Positions 1 through 5,919 of a stretch of DNA of 7,408 nucleotides are shown one piece after another. A model generated the notes under the pieces. That model did not search any database. It saw nothing but the letters and a program-made list of their open reading frames with translations, and was not told the origin of the DNA. Both the position numbers and the translations under genes were made by a program. The DNA is from Promethearchaeota archaeon. Lineage in GTDB: Archaea > Asgardarchaeota > Thorarchaeia > Thorarchaeales > Thorarchaeaceae. The stretch spans positions 1-7,408 of the forward strand of contig JALVPN010000154.1 of NCBI GenBank assembly GCA_027031765.1, read 5' to 3'. The first letter of the stretch is position 1, and each line of letters starts with the position of its first letter.

Positions 1-288
1 CCCCTCACTGTCAAACTCTGCTGTAGCACGTCCCCTGAGAGTAAGAGAGAGGAGTTCGAGCTCGAACCTCCGCTGGAAGTCGAGGAACGTGTTGTTCAGA
101 CACCCGAGGACCGCTGCAACGAAGAGCTCGTCGGGACAGATTGCACTGCCATTCCCACCGTAGGTCTCGGGGGTGTCATAGACGACTGTGTGACCGCTGC
201 TCGACGTGGCGACACCACCAGTCTTTCCGTCCCACTCTGATGACGCCCTGTACTCAATAGACTCGGGGTAGCGTGACTTGATTCTCAT
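1..288 (-). CDS. OsmC/Ohr-family protein (partial, runs off the left edge; 96 aa visible)
   Basis: Translated by hand from ATG at 288-286: MRIKSRYPESIEYRASSEWDGKTGGVATSSSGHTVVYDTPETYGGNGSAICPDELFVAAVLGCLNNTFLDFQRRFELELLSLTLRGRATAEFDSEG, with no stop before the edge. Matches the OsmC pattern D-x-P-x3-GG-x5-P-x-EL-x2-AA-x2-GC-x3-T. Not in the supplied ORF track. Confidence 0.85.
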   Translation of the reverse strand, partial: MRIKSRYPESIEYRASSEWDGKTGGVATSSSGHTVVYDTPETYGGNGSAICPDELFVAAVLGCLNNTFLDFQRRFELELLSLTLRGRATAEFDSEG

Positions 289-321
289 AGCAGAGACCCG
301 AGAGAGGACACAGATGGCATT

Positions 322-335
322 GGTTAAGGGTTGCG
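322..335 (-). promoter_or_regulatory. Putative archaeal BRE/TATA promoter for the OsmC gene (CAACCCTTAAC)
   Basis: AT-rich TTAA (327-324) in a GC-rich divergent intergenic region. First T lies 39 nt upstream of the ATG at 288. The same 9-mer precedes the ABC ATPase. Confidence 0.55.
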
Positions 336-366
336 GTACGTCGCATGCTGTGTGGACGGGTCACTG

Positions 367-381
367 GGGAACTGATTTATG
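367..381 (+). promoter_or_regulatory. Putative archaeal BRE/TATA promoter for the dehydrogenase-TOPRIM unit (GGAACTGATTTATG)
   Basis: TTTATG at 376-381, about 40 nt upstream of ATG 416, with purine-rich GGAA just upstream. SD-like GGAG at 405-408. Confidence 0.5.
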
Positions 382-415
382 TCGGCCCGGTCACCCGACA
401 GACTGGAGACCGCTC

Positions 416-1459
416 ATGGCACAACGGATGAGAGCAGCAGTCTACTACGGCATCGGTGATGTCAGGGTCGAGGAGGTCGACGTCCCCGAGATTGGTCATG
501 GGGAGCTCCTCATACGTGTTGGGACAGCCCTGACCTGCGGGACGGATGTCAAGACATTCAAGCGTGGACACCCCCTCCTCCTCAGCCGTGTGCCCACCCC
601 ATTTGGCCACGAGTATGCCGGGGTCGTCGAGGAGGTGGGTGAGGGAGTCCAGCGGTTCCGGCCCGGGATGAGGGTGGTTGCCACTAACTCGGCGCCCTGT
701 GGTACATGCTTCTACTGCAAACGTGGTCGGCCCAACCTGTGTCCACAGTTGAAGAGCAGCCTTGTGAACGGCGCATTTGCCGAGTACATCCGTGTCCCGG
801 CCCCGGTCGTGAGGTGGAACACCCATGAGATACCGGAGTCGCTGCCCTTCAGGGATGCAGCACTCACAGAGCCTCTCGCATGCGTCGTGCACGGGATTGA
901 GGAGGCCAATATTCACCTGGGTGATACCGTTGCTGTGATAGGTGCAGGACCGATTGGCCAGATGCTCATCATGCTTGCAAAGAGGCGTGGTGCAGCGACA
1001 GTTGTCGCATCTGACCTCTCAGAGCTGCGGAGGAAGACCGCACTCCGTGCAGGAGCAGACATTGTGGTCGACCCGACGACCGAAGACCCTGTGGAGTGCG
1101 TGCGTGGGCTCACAGACGGACGTGGTGCCGATGTTGTGATAGAGGCCGTCGGTCTCCCGCAGACATGGCAGCAGGCTGTTGCAATGACACGGGACGCCGG
1201 GACAACTGTGCTCTTCGGTGGGGCTGCTGCTGGGACGAAGATTGAGATTGACACTGTGAGGTTCCACTATGGCCAGCTCACGGTGAAGGGGGTGTTCCAC
1301 CTGACACCCGAGTATGTTGAGCGTGCCCTCCGGCTCCTGATAGCAGGGGCAATTGACACCGGGATACTCGTGTCGCACACGATGCCACTGGAGAGGGTTG
1401 TTGACGCACTGGAGATGATGAACAGGGGGGAGTGCATGAAGGTGGCGATAGAGCCCTGA
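416..1459 (+). CDS. Zn-dependent medium-chain alcohol/polyol dehydrogenase (MDR; L-iditol/threonine dehydrogenase-like), probably NAD-dependent
   Basis: Catalytic Zn motifs TCGTD and GHEYAG, structural Zn site CGTCFYC-x7-C, EPLAC motif, and Rossmann GAGPIG followed by Asp (SDL) favouring NAD. Start moved from 278 to ATG 416 (428 also possible) because homology begins at MRAAVYYG, GGAG precedes 416, and the 278 extension overlaps the OsmC gene and both promoters. Substrate cannot be determined. Confidence 0.93.
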   Translation: MAQRMRAAVYYGIGDVRVEEVDVPEIGHGELLIRVGTALTCGTDVKTFKRGHPLLLSRVPTPFGHEYAGVVEEVGEGVQRFRPGMRVVATNSAPCGTCFYCKRGRPNLCPQLKSSLVNGAFAEYIRVPAPVVRWNTHEIPESLPFRDAALTEPLACVVHGIEEANIHLGDTVAVIGAGPIGQMLIMLAKRRGAATVVASDLSELRRKTALRAGADIVVDPTTEDPVECVRGLTDGRGADVVIEAVGLPQTWQQAVAMTRDAGTTVLFGGAAAGTKIEIDTVRFHYGQLTVKGVFHLTPEYVERALRLLIAGAIDTGILVSHTMPLERVVDALEMMNRGECMKVAIEP

Positions 1460-1476
1460 GAGGCGGGCGTGACAGA

Positions 1477-1905
1477 ATGGGTATACCGACATCAAGGAGG
1501 ACGCTGAGGGACAATGAGAGGGCGCTGATAGAGCTGTTCACACACCTCGACAGGGAACACCAGCACCTCGTGGTCATTGTTGAGGGCAGGCGGGACGAGC
1601 AGGTGTTGAGAGACCTCGGGGTCACAGCCAAGATAGTGAGGGCCCACGCAAAGGGGACCCGAGCAGACCTCATAGACCGCATCGTCAGTGGGCTGGGCAG
1701 CGACGGCGAGGTGCTCATCCTAACGGACTTTGATGCAGAGGGGGAGGAGCTGCGGAGATACATAGAGGGGGAGCTGGAGGCCCGACGGGTAAGAGTACTG
1801 CGTGGACTGCGACGTCGGGTCAGACGTGTGATGGGCAACTGGCGCTGCATTGAGGAGATGGTCGCCCTGTTCAAGAGGCGCGACTCGCCAGAGCCAGCAC
1901 GCTGA
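1477..1905 (+). CDS. Small stand-alone TOPRIM-domain protein (UPF0292/COG1658-like; RNase M5/small primase-related)
   Basis: VIVEGRRD with the invariant Glu (codon 1582-1584) and LILTDFDAEGEEL with the DxD motif (1726-1734). 142 aa from ATG 1477, 17 nt after the dehydrogenase stop, with weak SD-like GAGGCG at 1460-1465. Confidence 0.88.
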   Translation: MGIPTSRRTLRDNERALIELFTHLDREHQHLVVIVEGRRDEQVLRDLGVTAKIVRAHAKGTRADLIDRIVSGLGSDGEVLILTDFDAEGEELRRYIEGELEARRVRVLRGLRRRVRRVMGNWRCIEEMVALFKRRDSPEPAR

Positions 1906-1912
1906 CCTGACC

Positions 1913-2935
1913 TTACAGTGTGCTACCACAGTTCGGACAGATGAACTTCCCCGGGGGTATTTCGTGCCCGCAGACACGGCAGGTCCTGGCCTTCCGCTCA
2001 CGGGCCACATCAAGGACACCGGCCTTCTGGGGCACAAGGATGAACCGTCCATCAGAGTAGCTGATACGGAACTCCGTCGGGTTGCCGGCCATCTCAAGTA
2101 GGTCCAGTGGCATCGGCAGGCGGTAGGTGTCGTCAAGGCGTACAATCCGGGTGTGACCGAGCGTGTCGAGGTCGATGCCAGTGTGGTGGAAGCCGGATAT
2201 CACACCGTCACGGATCTCGACAGTGATGTCTGCCTTTGAGGCCACCTGCTGCGAGTGGGTCACGATGAAGAAACTTGTGCCCAGGGTCTCATTCAGTTCC
2301 TGGAACAGGTCCAGGATGCGCTCAGCGGTCTCCGGGTCAAGGTCGCCAGTGGGCTCGTCGGCGAGGACGAGCGCCTTGCCCTCGCTGTCAATGAGGTTGA
2401 CCAGTGCGCTGGCAATGGCCACCCTGGAGCGCTCGCCACCACTGAGGGTCGTGGCCTTGTTCTTCTTGCGGTCTTCGAGGCCCACGAGCCGGATGAGCCG
2501 GTCAACACGTTCTTTTCGTATGCTGCGGGGCACCCCTGCAATCCTTGCGGCAAGTTCGACGTTCTGCCATGCATTCAGGTGCGGGAGGAGGTTGCCGACC
2601 TGGAAAACAAAACCAATGAAAGACCTGCGTGCCTCGGTGAGCACACGCTCGTTCAGTTTCGTGATGTCGGTCTGCAAGTTGGCCCAGTAGACACGCCCGA
2701 CCGTAGCCTTTGTTATGCCACCAATTATGTTGGTGAGCGTCGTCTTACCGGAACCGCTCGGGCCTACCACGCACATGATCTTCCCCTCCAGTATCTGGAG
2801 GGAAACACCACTCAGTGCCACGACCTCAATCTCGTTGGTCTTGTAGATCTTGTAGACGTTCTCTACAGACACGACCACGTCATCGGGGTAGTCGGCGTAG
2901 ATGTCAAGTTGTTCTGTTGCAGTGGTGACCATCAC
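1913..2935 (-). CDS. ABC transporter ATP-binding protein, LolD/MacB/FtsE family, with C-terminal AbrB-like segment and C4 zinc ribbon
   Basis: Walker A GPSGSGKT (2741-2764), Q-loop FVFQ, signature LSGGE, Walker B/D-loop LVLADEPTGDLD, H-loop IVTHS. About 90 extra C-terminal residues end in CRVC-x10-CPNC. Start is GTG 2935 or the adjacent ATG 2932. Confidence 0.96.
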   Translation of the reverse strand: MMVTTATEQLDIYADYPDDVVVSVENVYKIYKTNEIEVVALSGVSLQILEGKIMCVVGPSGSGKTTLTNIIGGITKATVGRVYWANLQTDITKLNERVLTEARRSFIGFVFQVGNLLPHLNAWQNVELAARIAGVPRSIRKERVDRLIRLVGLEDRKKNKATTLSGGERSRVAIASALVNLIDSEGKALVLADEPTGDLDPETAERILDLFQELNETLGTSFFIVTHSQQVASKADITVEIRDGVISGFHHTGIDLDTLGHTRIVRLDDTYRLPMPLDLLEMAGNPTEFRISYSDGRFILVPQKAGVLDVARERKARTCRVCGHEIPPGKFICPNCGSTL

Positions 2936-2968
2936 AGACTCGCCGGACTACACGCGATGCAGGTACCA

Positions 2969-2981
2969 CATAAGGGTTGTT
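2969..2981 (-). promoter_or_regulatory. Putative internal archaeal BRE/TATA promoter for the ABC ATPase (ACAACCCTTATG)
   Basis: The only AT-rich patch in the 71-bp permease-ATPase spacer. TTA begins 38 nt before GTG 2935 and 41 nt before ATG 2932. Shares CAACCCTTA with the OsmC promoter. Confidence 0.55.
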
Positions 2982-3006
2982 GATACCGCGCTGCTGCCGG
3001 ACAGGC

Positions 3007-5919
3007 CTACAGGTTCCGGAGCGTCACAGCTGGGTCTGTCATGGCAGCCCGCCGTGCAGGGAGGTAGCAGCTCATCAATATCACGATGCTCTCAAGGGAC
3101 AGCACTGCCAGCAGTGTTGTGACAGGGTATGACAGCACGGCACTCAAGAGCGGCATGATTGGAGAGATCCCGAAGCTAAGGATGCTCATTGTGAACCCGA
3201 AGATGACGCCGAGGACAGTACTGATGGCAAGAGCGGTGACCACAGAGCCTGCGAACTCACCGAAGACCATGCTCACAACCTGTTTCTTTGTGCCACCGAG
3301 GGCGATGAAGAGTGCATACTCCGCCTGACGCTCCAGTACTGCTGAACCGAGGAACAGCGCAATCGATGCAAGGCCCATGACCGTGCACATGATGAGGCCA
3401 ATGGTCGTGAGACCGTCCATGCCCGACATGAAGAGGCCGAGGGAGTAGCGCCTCGTGGCCGGGTCAAAGGTCTCCGGCGTGTAGACCGTGACCTCGAACA
3501 TCGCATCGAGTGCAGTGATGGTCTCGGTGATGTTCACGTATGGGACCGTGTTGGCAAGGAAGAGGTCTGCCGTCCAGATCCCGCTGACACGGGTCAGGAA
3601 GTCAATGTTCACAAGGGCAAAACCATCACCGACCACCTGGAAACCGAACATTGATGCAATGGTCGACTCAGACGAGTCCGGGGCCGCGTAGCCAAAGCCC
3701 GGCGCACTGACCATGATACCGACAACCCTGAAGGTGGCACCGACAACACCGGCCGCACCACCGAATATCACCGTCACATTGTCACCGACTGTCTTGTTCC
3801 ACAGGGCAGCATGGTACGAGCTGAGCACTATGCCGTTCCGGGTAGTCTCAAGTGCACCAAGTACCTCAGATGGGGTGCCCGACACAAAGCTGTAGTCTGA
3901 GAACGCACCGACCTTCAGGTATGTGTCAGGGTCTACCGCGACGAGTGACAGGGAGTCCGACCCGACCGCAGCCCAGTCACGGATTACAGGGGTCACGTTG
4001 AGGACACCGGGGTAGTGCCTGATTGTCCAGTTGAACCAGATGGGACGCTGGTTGCACTCCACACGCAGGTCGGCACCTATTGCGTACTCGATGTCGTGGT
4101 GGACAGTGGCACGGAAGCTGTCCGTCTGGATCATCATCATGGTGGTGGTGCTCAGGGTGAGAGTGAGTATTACTAGCAGCGGGATGAACTGTCGACGTCG
4201 CCTCCGCAGGCTCTGACTGAGATAGAGGGCCTTCTCACCAAGGACAAAGTTGATGCCCCCGGAGAGCCGGGCCGTGACCACCTGCATGAACCGGGAGCCC
4301 AGGTAGGAGGCAACGAAGAGTATCAGGGTAGTTGCGAGGAGCTCCACTACCGCCATAGTGCCACGCGGTACGACGAGGAATGGCATGGCCACCAGCAGCG
4401 AGAGGACAGCACCAAGGGCTGCTGCATAACGCGATGCCCTGATGTTCTCTGCGGTCTCCTCCGGTTCGTCGACATTCGGCTGGCCGATTTCAGCCACATC
4501 AATCCTGCGTGCAACATGGATGAGGTATGCCGCAGGGAGGTAGAGGGCGAGCATCGCTGCAATGACAAGGGCGAGCGGGGAGATGGTGGTGTGTGTGAAG
4601 AACTCCATGTAGACCTCACGGTCGAACGATAGTAGACCTGTGGAGGCACCGACCAGTGGTGCAAGGAATATGCTCATCACGACCCCGACCACAAGGCCCA
4701 CTATCGCCAGGAGCACCGACTCCCACATGAATGTGGCGAACACCTGGTTGAATGACGCCCCCTTGGCCCGCAGGGCACTGATCTCGCCCCGTCGCCTGGA
4801 AACCGAGGTCTCGGAGGTGAACACCGTGAGCATCATGCTCATGACCATGATTGGGAGGACGATGATTGTGAGGACCTGACTGCCCAGGTACGTATTGATG
4901 AATGCCTCCAGACGCCACAGCTGCCTCAGTCCGTCAACAAAGACCAGTGGGAACCGCTCCTCCACCTGCGTCTTCAGGTTAATCAGGTTGGATGCAATGT
5001 ACGGTGCCCCGGCCCTCAGCAGAGCACTGGCATCTGGCCGGACAAACACCACCGGTGTGAAGAATCCGCGCCCCTCGATGTCCTCCACAACATCGTCACC
5101 GAGGTCGTCACGCAGCACCATCACAGAGTCGTGGATGCCCAGGACTGATGCAGAGAAGCCCATCGGGTCCCAGTTCTTCCGTGATATCGATGGGAACAGG
5201 CCCGGGATGAGGCCGGAGGGCGATGAGTAGCGGTAGATGCCGGCGACTGTGAGGTTGGCCAGACGCACAGCCCCGAGGGTCTCCGGTGTCCCTGTGAGGT
5301 CCTGACTGACATACCGGAGTACGTCAAGACCAATGACACTCCCGACCTCTATGTCAATGCCGTGGACATCATGTGCGTACTCAACGAACTGCCACGATAC
5401 AAGTACCTGCCCGGACTGGAGGGAGAAGTTGCCCTCGCATGTGAACAGGTTCGTCAGGTTTGACAGGAGGTCGTTGGTCACGACCAGGACACGTGTGTCC
5501 TTGATGCCAGCGGCATAGACCTGCGTGTTCATATCATAGGACGACCAGTCGGGGATGCCATCGCCGACCAAGATGCCCACCGTTGAGGACACCATGAACG
5601 TGGCCCCTACGAACGGGTTTGACTGGACAAAGTTCTGCGCGAGGGGCAAGTGTGAGGACTGGAGTGTCTGGCCGGACTTGGGGGTCAGGGCCAGCTGGAT
5701 TGGCGCGTCCTGGAAGTAGTCCTCTACAACAAGGACGGTCCCAGTGGATGACCAGATGAACACAGTGGTCGGGAGCGCAATCCCAATTGCGAGTATCAGC
5801 GCAATCCCCATGTTCCGTAGCGGGTAGTTGCGGAGCGATGACAGGGCGTATGCCGGGGCGAACCAGGGGTTCCCACGCATCAGGTCGGTACGTCTCTCAG
5901 ACAAGTCCACATCCCTCAC
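3007..5919 (-). CDS. Double-length FtsX/MacB-family ABC permease (two extracytoplasmic domains, two FtsX domains, about 10 TM helices)
   Basis: N-terminal TM after basic LRNYPLRN, large soluble domain, FtsX motif RRRGEISALRAKGA (about 4755-4800), two linker helices, SLRRRRRQ plus TM, second soluble domain starting GADLRV, second FtsX motif ERQAEYALFIALGG, and terminal LPARRAAMTDPAVTLRNL. Start is GTG 5919 (overlapping the upstream stop) or ATG 5880. Confidence 0.93.
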   Translation of the reverse strand: MRDVDLSERRTDLMRGNPWFAPAYALSSLRNYPLRNMGIALILAIGIALPTTVFIWSSTGTVLVVEDYFQDAPIQLALTPKSGQTLQSSHLPLAQNFVQSNPFVGATFMVSSTVGILVGDGIPDWSSYDMNTQVYAAGIKDTRVLVVTNDLLSNLTNLFTCEGNFSLQSGQVLVSWQFVEYAHDVHGIDIEVGSVIGLDVLRYVSQDLTGTPETLGAVRLANLTVAGIYRYSSPSGLIPGLFPSISRKNWDPMGFSASVLGIHDSVMVLRDDLGDDVVEDIEGRGFFTPVVFVRPDASALLRAGAPYIASNLINLKTQVEERFPLVFVDGLRQLWRLEAFINTYLGSQVLTIIVLPIMVMSMMLTVFTSETSVSRRRGEISALRAKGASFNQVFATFMWESVLLAIVGLVVGVVMSIFLAPLVGASTGLLSFDREVYMEFFTHTTISPLALVIAAMLALYLPAAYLIHVARRIDVAEIGQPNVDEPEETAENIRASRYAAALGAVLSLLVAMPFLVVPRGTMAVVELLATTLILFVASYLGSRFMQVVTARLSGGINFVLGEKALYLSQSLRRRRRQFIPLLVILTLTLSTTTMMMIQTDSFRATVHHDIEYAIGADLRVECNQRPIWFNWTIRHYPGVLNVTPVIRDWAAVGSDSLSLVAVDPDTYLKVGAFSDYSFVSGTPSEVLGALETTRNGIVLSSYHAALWNKTVGDNVTVIFGGAAGVVGATFRVVGIMVSAPGFGYAAPDSSESTIASMFGFQVVGDGFALVNIDFLTRVSGIWTADLFLANTVPYVNITETITALDAMFEVTVYTPETFDPATRRYSLGLFMSGMDGLTTIGLIMCTVMGLASIALFLGSAVLERQAEYALFIALGGTKKQVVSMVFGEFAGSVVTALAISTVLGVIFGFTMSILSFGISPIMPLLSAVLSYPVTTLLAVLSLESIVILMSCYLPARRAAMTDPAVTLRNL

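Noticed and set aside
1-240. Open plus-strand frame 1 ending at TGA 238-240
   Set aside because: Exact antisense shadow of the OsmC gene, with no recognisable motif.
278-415. 46-aa N-terminal extension of the dehydrogenase ORF (TTG 278)
   Set aside because: No MDR similarity. It overlaps the OsmC start on the opposite strand and spans both promoter-like elements.
1432-1476. N-terminal extension of the TOPRIM ORF from ATG 1432
   Set aside because: Overlaps the dehydrogenase 3' end by 28 nt. ATG 1477 with an upstream SD-like element is more parsimonious.
1457-1500. Possible TGA readthrough (selenocysteine) or dehydrogenase-TOPRIM fusion
   Set aside because: The protein ends at the normal MDR C-terminus (KVAIEP), another in-frame stop follows shortly, TOPRIM is in a different frame, and no SECIS-like hairpin was seen.
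2255-2983. 242-aa plus-strand ORF and other long antisense or alternate-frame ORFs (377..916, 1278..1874, 1850..2101, 2163..2690, 5787..6200, 6298..6677, 7009..7344)
   Set aside because: All lie over well-supported genes and lack motifs. Long shadow ORFs are expected with high GC3.
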